Of a stretch of DNA of 64,000 bases, positions 18,145 to 28,049 are shown in pieces. Source of the DNA: an uncultured Acidobacteriota bacterium (GTDB lineage Bacteria; Acidobacteriota; Thermoanaerobaculia; Multivoradales; UBA5704); contig CAVYRF010000002.1 in NCBI GenBank assembly GCA_963770895.1, forward strand, positions 5,152,001 through 5,216,000, given 5' to 3'. Under the pieces are notes generated by a model. The model was not told where the DNA came from. It made no database searches and worked only from the letters and a program-made list of their open reading frames with translations. The position numbers and the translations under genes were made by a program. The first letter of the stretch is position 1. Every line of letters begins with the position of its first letter.

Positions 18145-19062
18145 ATGCCCGCCGCCACGACCGCCCCCCACGACCCTCGCGAGCTGCTCGCAACCGCCGT
18201 CGCCGCCGCGCAGGCGGGCGCCGCCGTGCTGATGCGCTACTTCCGCCACGGCGACCTGCAGGTGGCGACCAAGGGAGAAAACGACTTCGTGACCCGCGCC
18301 GACCGCGAGAGCGAAGCGGCGGTGCTGGGCGAGATCCGGCGCCGCTACCCCGATCACCGCATCCTGGCCGAGGAGGGCGGCGGGGGCGAGGAGCGGGCGG
18401 CCGACGGCGGCTACCTGTGGGTGGTCGATCCCCTGGACGGCACGACCAACTTTCTCCAGGGGCTGCCGGTCTTCTGCGTGTCGGTCGCCTGCCTGTACGC
18501 CGGCAACCCGGTCGCCGCGGTGGTCGAGGACCCGACCGGGGGCAATCTCTTCACCGCCAGCCTGGGCGGCGGCGCGCAGTGGAACGGCAGGCCGATGTCG
18601 GCTTCGCCGCACCGGGCCCTGACCGGCGCGTTCCTGGCGACGGGCTACCCGTTTCGCGCCCACGCCACGCTCGACGTCTACCTTGCCACGTTCCGCGAGA
18701 TCTTCCTGCAGGCCAAGGCGGTGCGCCGCTGCGGCGCCGCCGCCCTCGATCTTGCCTACACCGCGGCCGGCGTCTACGACGGATTTTTCGAGTTCCGCCT
18801 GTCGCCGTGGGACATCGGCGCCGGCGTGCTGCTGGTGCGCGAGGCGGGCGGCACGATCTCCGACGTCGATGGCGGCCAGGACTTCTTCGCCAGCGGCAAC
18901 GTGGTTGCCGGCGGCAGCGGCCTGCATGCGCAGCTGCGCGCCGCCGTCGGCCTGCACGCGTCCGAAGCCGAGCTGGACCGCATCAGCCCGGCGACGCGCC
19001 ACCCCGCGCTGGTTTCCTCTCACACCGCCGCCCCCGCCGGGCGTCCGGCCGATGGCGGATAG
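18145..19062 (+). CDS. suhB: Inositol monophosphatase family protein
   Basis: DFVTRAD, ILAEE, WVVDPLDGTTNF, RRCGAAALDLAY.A.G, LSPWDIGAG. Confidence 0.93.
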   Translation: MPAATTAPHDPRELLATAVAAAQAGAAVLMRYFRHGDLQVATKGENDFVTRADRESEAAVLGEIRRRYPDHRILAEEGGGGEERAADGGYLWVVDPLDGTTNFLQGLPVFCVSVACLYAGNPVAAVVEDPTGGNLFTASLGGGAQWNGRPMSASPHRALTGAFLATGYPFRAHATLDVYLATFREIFLQAKAVRRCGAAALDLAYTAAGVYDGFFEFRLSPWDIGAGVLLVREAGGTISDVDGGQDFFASGNVVAGGSGLHAQLRAAVGLHASEAELDRISPATRHPALVSSHTAAPAGRPADGG

Positions 19063-20230
19063 CCGCCGCGGCGGCAGCTTCGAGATCGTCATCCACGCCG
19101 CGGACCGGCGGGGGACGGTGCTGCGGCTGCGCCTGAACCGCGCCTGGCTGACCGCCGGCTCGGTCGTGGTGCTGCTGTACTGCTTCTTTCTGGCCTTTGC
19201 CGCGGGCATGGCGCCCGGCGTCGTGGGAGCGACCTTCGGCAGCCAGGAGTACCGCGTCCTGGCGTCCGAGCGGGCCCGCCAGGGCGAACGGTTGCAGGCG
19301 CTGGTCGAGCGCCTGGACCAGGTGCGCCAGCGCAGCGCGGCGCTGCTGCTGGCGGTGCGCAAGGTTTCGGCCGCCTACGACCTGGCGCCGGCGCCGCCTG
19401 CCGGCAGCGCCGGCACCGCCGCACCGGCGGCTGGCCCCGCCGCCGCGGCGGGCGAGGCGGCGGCGGGCGAGGCGGCGGCGGGCGAGGCGGCGGCAGCGGG
19501 CGAGGCCGCGAGCGCGGGGGAGCTGCTGCTGGGCAGCGGCTCGATCTATGCCGGCACCTTGCAGCAGGGCGAGCGGCTGGAGCGCCGCATCGACGTCGAG
19601 ATCCGCGACCTGGAAGCGGGGCTCGCCGCCGTCGCGCTCTTCGAGCGCGGCCACCAGGACGTGGTGCGCGACACCCCCAGCGCCTGCCCGCTGCGCGGTG
19701 ATCGCTACGTCCTGACCAGCCCGTTCGGCCGCCAGCGCAGCGCCTTCACGCGCGACTTCGGCTTTCACGCCGGCATCGACCTGGCGGCGCCGCGCGGCAC
19801 TTCGATCGTCGCTCCCGCCGACGGCGTGGTGACCTTTGCCGGCACCTATCCGCTGGCCCGCAGCGCCGAATGGTGGCGGTTCGGCAACCTGGTGGCGGTG
19901 GCGCACGGCGACCGCTTCGTGACCCTGTACGGCCACTGCGGCGACCTCAAGGTGCGGGCCGGCCAGGCGGTGCGGCGCGGCGAGCTGCTGGCCCTGGTCG
20001 GCAGCACCGGCTGGAGCGTCAGCCCGCACGTGCACTACGAGGTGCGCAAGCGCGCCGCCGACGGCAGCCTGGTGCCGGTGGACCCCCTGATCTACATCCT
20101 GGATCGCCGCTGGCCCGACGAACAGCGCCAGCTGGCCCGCGCCAGCGCCGCCGCGCCGGCGACGATCGGGGGCGGCTTCGAGCCGCTGCCCCCCGGCCTG
20201 GACCGCGTCCCCGGCCGCGTGCGGCGCTAG
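19052..20230 (+). CDS. M23 family metallopeptidase (peptidoglycan hydrolase-like)
   Basis: N-terminal TM plus coiled coil, TSPFG, FHAGIDLAAP.GT, TLYGH, GSTG.S..PHVHYEV. Confidence 0.88.
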   Translation: MADSRRGGSFEIVIHAADRRGTVLRLRLNRAWLTAGSVVVLLYCFFLAFAAGMAPGVVGATFGSQEYRVLASERARQGERLQALVERLDQVRQRSAALLLAVRKVSAAYDLAPAPPAGSAGTAAPAAGPAAAAGEAAAGEAAAGEAAAAGEAASAGELLLGSGSIYAGTLQQGERLERRIDVEIRDLEAGLAAVALFERGHQDVVRDTPSACPLRGDRYVLTSPFGRQRSAFTRDFGFHAGIDLAAPRGTSIVAPADGVVTFAGTYPLARSAEWWRFGNLVAVAHGDRFVTLYGHCGDLKVRAGQAVRRGELLALVGSTGWSVSPHVHYEVRKRAADGSLVPVDPLIYILDRRWPDEQRQLARASAAAPATIGGGFEPLPPGLDRVPGRVRR

Positions 20231-20249
20231 TGGCCCGCCCGGGACGCTA

Positions 20250-22013
20250 CTAGATGCCGGTCACGCGCACCACCTCTTCGAAGGTGGTGCTGCCTTCGGC
20301 GAGCTTGCGCAGGGCCGACTGGCGCAGCGTGCGCATGCCGTTCTTGATCGCCTCGCGCTTGATCTCCGGAGAGTCGGCGCCGCGCAGCACCAGCGCCTTG
20401 ACCGCGTCGTCGATGGGCAGGATCTCGAAGATGCCGGTGCGCCCCAGATAGCCGGTGCCGCGGCATTCGAAGCAGCCGCCGCCCTCCTTGACCTTGACGC
20501 GCTTGCCGGCGGGCACCGACAGCCGCAGGGTGGCGGCTTCTTCGGCGCTCAGGTAGCGCTCGCCGACGCAGTGCGGGCAGATGCGGCGCAGCAGGCGCTG
20601 CGCCATCGCGCCGACGACGGTCGAGCCGATCAGGAAGCGCTCGACGTCCAGGTCGATGAGGCGCGAGATGGAGCTGGCGGCGTCGTTGGTGTGCAGGGTG
20701 GAGAACACCAGGTGGCCGGTGAGCGCCGCCTGGATGGCGTACTGGGCGGTTTCGGCGTCGCGGATCTCCCCCACCATGATGACGTCGGGGTCCTGGCGCA
20801 GGATGTGGCGCAGGGCGGCGGCGAAGGTGATGCCCACCTTGAGCTGCACGGCGGTCTGATTGAAATCTTCGTGCACCATCTCGATCGGGTCTTCGATCGT
20901 GGTGACGTTCAGCTCGCGCGTGGCGATGGTCTTGAGCGCCGAGTAGAGCGTCGTCGTCTTGCCCGAGCCGGTGGGGCCGGTGACCAGGATGATGCCGTGC
21001 GGGCGGGTGATGAAGTCGTTGAACTGCTGCATCTCGTCGGCATAGAAGCCCAGGCTGGTCAGATCCTGCAGCAGCACCTGCGGGTCGAAGATGCGCATCA
21101 CCACCTTTTCGCCGAAGGCGACCGGCAGGGTGGCGATGCGCAGCTCGATCTCACGGCCGCCGCGCTTGGCCTTGACGCGGCCGTCCTGCGGCCGGCGCTT
21201 TTCGGCGATGTCGAGGCGCGACATGGTCTTGATGCGCGACACGACGGCGGCGTGCACGATCTTCGGCATGCGCTGGATGTCGTGCAGCACGCCGTCGATG
21301 CGGAAGCGGATGAGGCTCTCTTCGCGCTTGGGCTCGATGTGGATGTCGCTCGCCCGGCTGTCGAAGGCGTGCTGCAGCATGAACTCCACGGCGTTGACCA
21401 CGTGCTGGTCCGAGGACTCGATCTCGGCTTCGTTCTTCATCCGGACCAGCTGTTCCAGGTTGCCCAGGTCGATGCCGCTGGCCAGGTCGCGTTCGGCGCG
21501 CTTGACCGAGTGGCGCAGGCCGTAGAATTCCGTGATCGCCTTGAGGATGTCGGGCTCGGAGGCGACGACCAGCTCGATGTCGCGGCCGGCGATGCGGCGG
21601 AACGAATCGACCCCTTCCAGGTCGTAGGGGTTGGCGCAGGCGACGCGCAGACGGCCGTTGGTCATCTGCAGCGGGATCATGCGGTGGCGGCGCGCGAACG
21701 GGCGCGACATCTTGGATTCCATCAGCTCGGCGTTGAGGCTCAGGGTGTCGATGCGCACCTGGATGAGCCCGGCGTCGGCGGCGATGGCCTGGGCGATCTC
21801 CTGCTCGCCCAGCGGGCCGCCGGAGTCGCGGCCGTTGGGCAGGTGCAGGCGCGTCACCAGCTCATAGGCCAGCGCCTTCTGCTCGTAGGCCGAGCTGGAG
21901 CGCAGGCGCTGCGGCACCAGCTTTGCCTCCTGCCGGATCGCATCGCCCTGGTCGCGGGTGACGTAGCCCTGGCGCACCAGGATGTCGGCAACGAGCTCGG
22001 GGGTCAGGTTCAT
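20250..22013 (-). CDS. GspE/PilB-family secretion/pilus assembly ATPase
   Basis: ASDIHIEP, LDIAEKRRPQDGR, VTGPTGSGKTTTLY, TIEDPIE, LRQDPDVIMVGEIRD, GHLVFSTLHTND and a tetracysteine motif. Start ATG 22013. Confidence 0.92.
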   Translation of the reverse strand: MNLTPELVADILVRQGYVTRDQGDAIRQEAKLVPQRLRSSSAYEQKALAYELVTRLHLPNGRDSGGPLGEQEIAQAIAADAGLIQVRIDTLSLNAELMESKMSRPFARRHRMIPLQMTNGRLRVACANPYDLEGVDSFRRIAGRDIELVVASEPDILKAITEFYGLRHSVKRAERDLASGIDLGNLEQLVRMKNEAEIESSDQHVVNAVEFMLQHAFDSRASDIHIEPKREESLIRFRIDGVLHDIQRMPKIVHAAVVSRIKTMSRLDIAEKRRPQDGRVKAKRGGREIELRIATLPVAFGEKVVMRIFDPQVLLQDLTSLGFYADEMQQFNDFITRPHGIILVTGPTGSGKTTTLYSALKTIATRELNVTTIEDPIEMVHEDFNQTAVQLKVGITFAAALRHILRQDPDVIMVGEIRDAETAQYAIQAALTGHLVFSTLHTNDAASSISRLIDLDVERFLIGSTVVGAMAQRLLRRICPHCVGERYLSAEEAATLRLSVPAGKRVKVKEGGGCFECRGTGYLGRTGIFEILPIDDAVKALVLRGADSPEIKREAIKNGMRTLRQSALRKLAEGSTTFEEVVRVTGI

Positions 22014-22218
22014 CAACGCTCTGGTCTCCTGCGGGGTCGCCCCGGCCGCAGCGACCGCGGCGGCGGAGACGGCTGCTCCGGCGGCAGGCCACAGTGTAAG
22101 CGCAAGCCGGCCGGGCGGGGTAGACTGCCGGCGTTGCGGCCCGCGCCGGTCGCCGTTACCGCAGCCTACGGCCGGCGCGCCCCGGCGGATGGGTGCGGAG
22201 GGGTAAGGAGGATTCGCA

Positions 22219-23412
22219 ATGTCGATGCCGAAGCTTGGCGCCGGGGGCAGGCTCGCCGCGGCGGCGCTGGTCGCCGGCGGGCTGCTGCTGGCGGGTGCCG
22301 CGATCCTGCGCGCCCGCGAACCCCGCCTGCCGCTCTCAACGCTGCACCTGCCGCCCGGATTTTCGATCGCCGTCGTCACCGACCAGATCCCCGGCGCCCG
22401 CTCGATGGCGCTGTCGCCGCACGGCATCCTGTACGTCGGCAGCCGCGACGAGGGCAAGGTGTACGCGGTCCTGGGCGCGGTGCCCCCCGCGGCTCCCGGC
22501 GGCGTGCGCGTGGTGACGCTGGCGAGCGGCCTGGACCTGCCCAACGGCGTCGCCTGGCGCGACGGCGCCCTGTACGTCGCCGAGGTGTCGCGCCTGCTGC
22601 GCTTCGACGCCATCGACGAGCACGCCGGCAAGGGGGTGGCGCCGCCGGCGCCGCGCGTGCTGTACGACGCCTACCCCAAGGAGCACCATCACGGCTGGAA
22701 GTTCATCCGCTTCGGGCCGGACGGGCTGCTGTACATCCCGGTGGGCGCGCCCTGCAACATCTGCCTGCCCGACAAGCCGATCTACGCCGCGATCACCCGC
22801 ATGCATCCCGACGGCACCGGCCTTGAAATCTTCGCCCACGGCGTGCGCAATACCGTCGGCTTCGACTGGGACCCGCAGACCCACGAGCTGTGGTTCACCG
22901 ACAACGGCCGCGACAACCTGGGCGACGACGCTCCGCCCGACGAGCTGAATCACGCGCCGCGCGCCGGCATGCACTTCGGCTACCCGTTCTGCCACGGCAC
23001 CGACATCTCGGACCCCGAATTCGGCAAGGGGCATCCGTGCTCCGCCTACACCCCCACCGCCCTCAACCTGCCGGCGCACGTCGCTTCCCTGGGCATGCGT
23101 TTCTACACCGGCAGCATGTTCCCGCCCGACTACCGCAACCAGATCTTCATCGCCGAGCACGGCTCGTGGAACCGCAGCGTGCCGATCGGCTACCGCGTCA
23201 GCCTGGTGCGTGTGAAGGACGGCCGTCCGGTGTCGTACACGCCCTTCGTCGAAGGCTGGCTGCCGGCGACCGGCAGCGGCCCGCTGGGCCGCCGCGTCGC
23301 CTGGGGGCGTCCGGTGGACGTGCAGCAGCTGCCCGACGGGTCGCTGCTGATCTCCGACGACAAATCCGGCGCCATCTACCGCGTCACCTACGCCGCGCCG
23401 CGTCGCCCCTGA
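22219..23412 (+). CDS. Sorbosone/PQQ-dependent sugar dehydrogenase family beta-propeller, secreted
   Basis: LHLPPGF, HHGWKFIRFGPDG, VGAPCNIC, GVRNTVGFDW, NGRD, AEHGSWNR, GRPVDV. Confidence 0.88.
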   Translation: MSMPKLGAGGRLAAAALVAGGLLLAGAAILRAREPRLPLSTLHLPPGFSIAVVTDQIPGARSMALSPHGILYVGSRDEGKVYAVLGAVPPAAPGGVRVVTLASGLDLPNGVAWRDGALYVAEVSRLLRFDAIDEHAGKGVAPPAPRVLYDAYPKEHHHGWKFIRFGPDGLLYIPVGAPCNICLPDKPIYAAITRMHPDGTGLEIFAHGVRNTVGFDWDPQTHELWFTDNGRDNLGDDAPPDELNHAPRAGMHFGYPFCHGTDISDPEFGKGHPCSAYTPTALNLPAHVASLGMRFYTGSMFPPDYRNQIFIAEHGSWNRSVPIGYRVSLVRVKDGRPVSYTPFVEGWLPATGSGPLGRRVAWGRPVDVQQLPDGSLLISDDKSGAIYRVTYAAPRRP

Positions 23413-23581
23413 GAGGGCTGAGGGGCTCAGGGAGCTGAGGGGCCTGGGAGGCTGAGGGAAGCTGGGGGAGGGAATACCTCCCGACGACCCTGGTCCGGAG
23501 CCGTCGGGAGGAGCAGAGCCTGGGGGGACGGAGGTAGCTGCGGGTCTGCTCATGGGTGTATACGCAGCTCGCGGCAAAGTG

Positions 23582-24775
23582 TCACAGCTGCCGGCGCGGC
23601 CAGGCGCGCTGCTGGGCCTGAGTGGCGGCAAAGTGGGCGTCCAGCTCGGCCACGGAGTCGCCGCCCAGCTTTTCGAGCAGGGCGTCGGCCAGGACCAGGG
23701 CGACCATGGCTTCGGCGATGACGCCGGCGGCGGGGAGCGCGGTGACGTCGCTGCGCTCGTATTGCGAGGTGCGCTCGGCCAGGGTGTCCAGGTCGACGCT
23801 GGGGAGGCCCTGGCGCAGGGTGGCGATGGGCTTCTTGTAGGCGGTCACCACCAGGTCCTGGCCGTTGGTGATGCCGCCTTCCAGGCCGCCGGCGTGGTTG
23901 CTGGCGCGCACGAAGCTGTCGCCGGCGCGGCCGATGGGGTCGTGCGCCGCGCTGCCCGGACCGCGGCTGGCGGCGAGGGCGGCGCCGAACTCCACGGCCT
24001 TGACCGCCGGCACCGACAGCAGGGCCTGGGCCAGGCGGCCGTCGAGCTTTTCGTCCCAGTGGGTGTGGGAACCCAGGCCGGGGGGCACGTTGTGGGCGAT
24101 GACCGTGACGGCGCCGCCCAGGGTGTCGCCGGCGTCGCGGGCGCGCTCGACCAGGGCGATCATCGCCGGCTCCAGCGCGCGGTCGATGGCGCGCAGCGGC
24201 GAGGCGTCGTCCATGCGCTGCAGGTCTTCCCAGGTGGGCGGCGGGGCGTCGGCGCCCACCGCGCCCAGGGAGCGCACGCCGCTGGCGATCGCGATGCCCA
24301 GCCGTGCCAGCAGCATCTTGGCGAAGGCGCCGGCGGCGACGCGCGCCGCGGTTTCGCGGGCGGAGGCGCGTTCCAGCACGTCGCGCAGATCGTGGCGCAG
24401 GAACTTGACGCCGCCGGCCAGGTCGGCGTGACCGGGGCGCGGGGTCTTCAGGCGGCGCCCCTCGACCAGGCGCGGATCGATGGCCTGCGGGTCCGGCGCC
24501 ATCACCTTTTCCCAGGCGGCGTAGTCGCGGTTGGCGATCCACAGGACCACCGGCGACCCCAAGGTGACGCCGGCGCGCACGCCGCCGTGGATCTCCACGG
24601 CGTCGCTTTCGATCTGCATGCGGCGGCCGCGCCCGAAGCCGTGGCGGCGGCGATCGAGGTCGCGAGCGAGCAGCGCCAGGTCGACGGGGAGGCCGGCGGG
24701 CAGGCCGCGCAGGATGGCGGTCAGGCCGGGACCGTGGCTTTCGCCGCCGGTCGTCAGCTGCAGGCGGCGCAGCAC
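23582..24775 (-). CDS. aroC: Chorismate synthase
   Basis: TGGESHG, PRPGHADL, ERASARETAARVAAG, SNHAGGLEGGITNG, KPIATL, ERSDV. Confidence 0.96.
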   Translation of the reverse strand: MLRRLQLTTGGESHGPGLTAILRGLPAGLPVDLALLARDLDRRRHGFGRGRRMQIESDAVEIHGGVRAGVTLGSPVVLWIANRDYAAWEKVMAPDPQAIDPRLVEGRRLKTPRPGHADLAGGVKFLRHDLRDVLERASARETAARVAAGAFAKMLLARLGIAIASGVRSLGAVGADAPPPTWEDLQRMDDASPLRAIDRALEPAMIALVERARDAGDTLGGAVTVIAHNVPPGLGSHTHWDEKLDGRLAQALLSVPAVKAVEFGAALAASRGPGSAAHDPIGRAGDSFVRASNHAGGLEGGITNGQDLVVTAYKKPIATLRQGLPSVDLDTLAERTSQYERSDVTALPAAGVIAEAMVALVLADALLEKLGGDSVAELDAHFAATQAQQRAWPRRQL

Positions 24776-24788
24776 GGCGGCTCCGGCG

Positions 24789-26288
24789 CTAGTGGCCGCC
24801 GCCCTGGCGGGCGAAGTCGATGAAGCCCTGGTCGACGTCGGCGGTCACCAGGCGCACCCGCGTGCGGTCGCCGACGTCCAGCCCCTGCTGGCCGTGCACG
24901 ACGCGGCCTTCGACGGGCGGATGGAAGATGCGCACCCAGGTGCCCTTGTCGGAGGCGCCGGTGACCACGCCGTCGAAGACCTGGCCGATGCGGGAAGACA
25001 GCAGCATCGCCGCCGCCGATTTGTGCACCCGGCGTTCGACCTTTTCGGCGTCGTCCTCTTTTTCGGTGCAGTGGGTGGCGAGCGCCTGCAGCTCGTCGAT
25101 GGCGTAGGGGGAGGCCTGGTGCGCCAGCGCGGCCTTGACCAGGCGCTGGCCGATGACGTCGGGGTAGCGGCGGTTGGGCGCCGTCGAGTGCGCGTAGTCG
25201 CGCACCGCCAGGCCGAAGTGGCCGGGCGCCTGCTGGCCGGGCGCTTCGGCGACGTATTCGCCGCGGCCGAGCAGCTTGACGATGGTCAGCGACAGGTCGG
25301 GAAAGCGCAGCGGGTCGGCCTGGCGGCGGCGGGCCAGGAACTGCGAGAGCGCCACGGAATCGGGATCGGCGGGCAGGCGCTCGCCGTAGCCGGCCGCCAC
25401 TTCGACGATGCGCGGCCAGCGCTTGGGGGTGCGCACGACGCGCCGCATGGAGGGCAGCCCGGCGGCGGTCAGGAAGCCGGCGACGACACCGTTGGCGGCG
25501 ACCATGAAGTCTTCGATCAGCTGCATGGCGCGGTTGTGGTCTTCCTGCACCAGGTCGGAGATCTGGTCTTTGTCGAAGACCGGCTGCGTCTGCAGGGTTT
25601 CCAGCTCCAGCGCGCCGTGCTGGTGGCGCAGCGCGCGCAGGCGCTGGGCGGCGGTGTCCTGCAGGCGCAGCTGCGCGTCCATGCCCGCCACCGCGGTGAC
25701 GCGCGCAGGCGCCGGCCCCTTGCCTTCCAGCCAATCGCCGACGGCGTGGTAGGCCAGCTTTGCCTGGTTGCGCACCCAGGCGCGGTACACCTCGGAGTGC
25801 GACACCGTGCCGTCCTGCTCGACCACCATGTCCACCACCACGCTGAGGCGGTCCTGGTTTTCGCCCAGCGACGTGAGGTCGGTCGAAAGCTGCAGCGGCA
25901 GCATGGGGAAGATCTGGGCGGCGGTATAGACGGTGGTGGTGTTGGTGCGCGCGTGGCCGTCGATCGGCGAGCCCTTGGCGACCAGCGCGTCGACGTCGGC
26001 GACGGCGACCAGGACCCCGATGGCGTCCTTGCCGCCCTGCTTGGGGTGGGGATCGCCGACCGACAGCTGGTCCAGGTCCTTCGAGTCGTCGTTGTCGATC
26101 GAGCACCACAGGAGGCTGCGCAGGTCGCGGAAGCCCGGCGCGCCGTCCGGCGGCCGCGCCGGTCCGTGGATGGCGGCCAGCTGCGCCTTGGCGGCGTCGT
26201 CGAAGTCAGGAGCCAGGTCGCGGTCGAGCATCGCCTGGCGGGCGATGACCTGCAGGTGCTCCCTCTGGTGCGCTGGACTTTCGCTCAT
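24789..26288 (-). CDS. RNB-domain ribonuclease (RNase II/R family) with C-terminal S1
   Basis: SIDNDDSKDLDQ, VADVD, TTVYT, LIEDFMVAAN, HFGLA..Y.HSTAPNRRYPD. Confidence 0.92.
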   Translation of the reverse strand: MSESPAHQREHLQVIARQAMLDRDLAPDFDDAAKAQLAAIHGPARPPDGAPGFRDLRSLLWCSIDNDDSKDLDQLSVGDPHPKQGGKDAIGVLVAVADVDALVAKGSPIDGHARTNTTTVYTAAQIFPMLPLQLSTDLTSLGENQDRLSVVVDMVVEQDGTVSHSEVYRAWVRNQAKLAYHAVGDWLEGKGPAPARVTAVAGMDAQLRLQDTAAQRLRALRHQHGALELETLQTQPVFDKDQISDLVQEDHNRAMQLIEDFMVAANGVVAGFLTAAGLPSMRRVVRTPKRWPRIVEVAAGYGERLPADPDSVALSQFLARRRQADPLRFPDLSLTIVKLLGRGEYVAEAPGQQAPGHFGLAVRDYAHSTAPNRRYPDVIGQRLVKAALAHQASPYAIDELQALATHCTEKEDDAEKVERRVHKSAAAMLLSSRIGQVFDGVVTGASDKGTWVRIFHPPVEGRVVHGQQGLDVGDRTRVRLVTADVDQGFIDFARQGGGH

Positions 26289-26605
26289 CGGCTCTCCACG
26301 GAAGATGTGCCCCCGGCAGACGGCGGGCGTCGGGCGGTCGCCAGAGGATATCGCACCCCGCGAGGCGGCGAGAGATCAGCATTTGCCGTAAGGCTCGTGG
26401 TTATATGCTGACGCCGCGGAGCCGGGCGGTCGGCAGGGTGGCAAGCAGCCGGGTTCGGCCGCGCTTCGCGCCCCGCGCCCCGCAGACGGCGCGGTGTGCA
26501 CTCCTTAGGATGGAACCAGAGGTCTGGCAGCCGCCGCGGCGATTCCGCCGCGCCGGCGGCGGCAGGCAAGGGGACGCCCCTGGCGGCGCGTCCGCGGAGG
26601 ATGGC

Positions 26606-28015
26606 ATGGCAGGTGAAACGGAAGCGGGCAGCTGGCTGCCGATCGTGACGGAGGGACCGCTCCTGGCGCAGATCGACCAGGCGCTGGACGAATTGGCGGT
26701 GGTGCTGGCGCCGCTCGCGGGCGAAGCGCCGGCGGCAGGCGGGTCGGGTGCGAGCGCGGCGGCGGCCGCCGCGCCGACCAATGGCCGGCGGCCGGCGGAT
26801 GCGGCGGCGGAAGAGGCGGCGGCGGGGGAGGGGGCGTGGCAGCTGGGCGGCGGGCCGTCGGGCGAGGCGCTCTTCTTTACCTACCTCGACCAGGCGCGGC
26901 CGGAGCGCGGCTATGACGAGCGGGCGCTGGTGCACCTGGAGGCGGTGATCGAGGCGGCGGCGCGCGAATCGCTCTTTCCCAGCCTGTACGGCGGGTTCAG
27001 CGGTGTCGCCTGGGCGTTGGAGCACCTGACCGGGCGGCTGCTGGAGGAGCCCGCGTCCGGCGCCGAGGACCCCGGCGCCGAGGTCGCGGAGGTGCTCGAC
27101 GGCTACCTGCGGCAGACGCCGTGGAAGGACGACTACGACCTGATCGGCGGCCTGGTCGGCTACGGCGTGTACGCGCGCGAGCGCGCGCCGCGGCCGGGAG
27201 GCGCCGAAGCGGCGGCGAGCGTCGTCGAGCGGCTGGGCGAGCTGGCCGAGCGGCGCGACGGCGGCGTCACCTGGCACACGCCGGCGGAGCGGCTGGCGCT
27301 GCAGAAGGCGGACTACCCGGAGGGCCACTACAACCTGGGCGTGGCGCACGGCGTGCCGGGCGTCATCGGCCTGCTGGGGGAGCTGCGGGCCGCCGGCCTG
27401 GCGACGGCGGAGTCCGACCGGATGCTGGCGGACTCGGTGGCGTGGCTGTTCGGGCAGCGGCTGCCGGCGGGCACCGGCTCGGCGTTCGGCTACAACACCG
27501 TGCCGGGCGGCGCGGTGGTGCGGGAGGCGCCGTCTCGCCTGGCCTGGTGCTATGGCGACGCCGGCATCGTGCTGACGCTGATGGTCGCCGCGCGCGCCGC
27601 CGGCGAGCCGAGCTGGGAGGCGGCGGCGCTGGACATCGCGCGTGCCGCGGCGCAGCGGCCGCATGCTGAGGTGGGAGTGCTGGACGGCGGCCTGTGCCAT
27701 GGGTCCGCCGGCCTGGCGCACCTGTACAACCGCCTCTACCAGGCGACGCGCGAGCCTCTCTTCAAGGCCCAGGCGATCGCCTGGCTGGAGCACCTGCTCT
27801 CCTTGCGGCAGGCGGGGGAGGGCCTTGGCGGCTGGCGCACCTGGCGGCCGTTGGGACCGATGGGCGATCCCAATCCCACTTTCGGCTGGGTGACCGACTC
27901 CGGCTTTCTGACCGGCGCCGCCGGCATCGGCCTCACCCTGCTGGGCGCGGTCAGCGCGGTCGAGCCCGCCTGGGATCGCCTGCTGCTGACCAGCGTGCCG
28001 CCGATCGCACCCTGA
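26606..28015 (+). CDS. lanC: Lanthionine synthetase C (class I lanthipeptide cyclase)
   Basis: SD GGAGG. SLYGGFSG, YDLIGGLVG, NLGVAHGVPG, RLAWCYGDAG, GLCHGSAG, GFLTGAAG; the Zn-ligand WCxG and CHG motifs are intact. Confidence 0.92.
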   Translation: MAGETEAGSWLPIVTEGPLLAQIDQALDELAVVLAPLAGEAPAAGGSGASAAAAAAPTNGRRPADAAAEEAAAGEGAWQLGGGPSGEALFFTYLDQARPERGYDERALVHLEAVIEAAARESLFPSLYGGFSGVAWALEHLTGRLLEEPASGAEDPGAEVAEVLDGYLRQTPWKDDYDLIGGLVGYGVYARERAPRPGGAEAAASVVERLGELAERRDGGVTWHTPAERLALQKADYPEGHYNLGVAHGVPGVIGLLGELRAAGLATAESDRMLADSVAWLFGQRLPAGTGSAFGYNTVPGGAVVREAPSRLAWCYGDAGIVLTLMVAARAAGEPSWEAAALDIARAAAQRPHAEVGVLDGGLCHGSAGLAHLYNRLYQATREPLFKAQAIAWLEHLLSLRQAGEGLGGWRTWRPLGPMGDPNPTFGWVTDSGFLTGAAGIGLTLLGAVSAVEPAWDRLLLTSVPPIAP

Positions 28016-28049
28016 CGGGTCGCGGCGGCCGTTTCAGGGGTTCAAGGGG

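Noticed and set aside
23413-23581. GCTGAGGG repeats and hairpin CTCCCGACG/CGTCGGGAG between convergent genes
   Set aside because: Probably a bidirectional terminator region or low-complexity sequence; no support for an ncRNA.
26289-26605. Search for a lanA precursor upstream of lanC (also 28016-28049 and 31584-31789)
   Set aside because: No SD-led small ORF with a leader motif and Cys/Ser/Thr-rich core found by eye.
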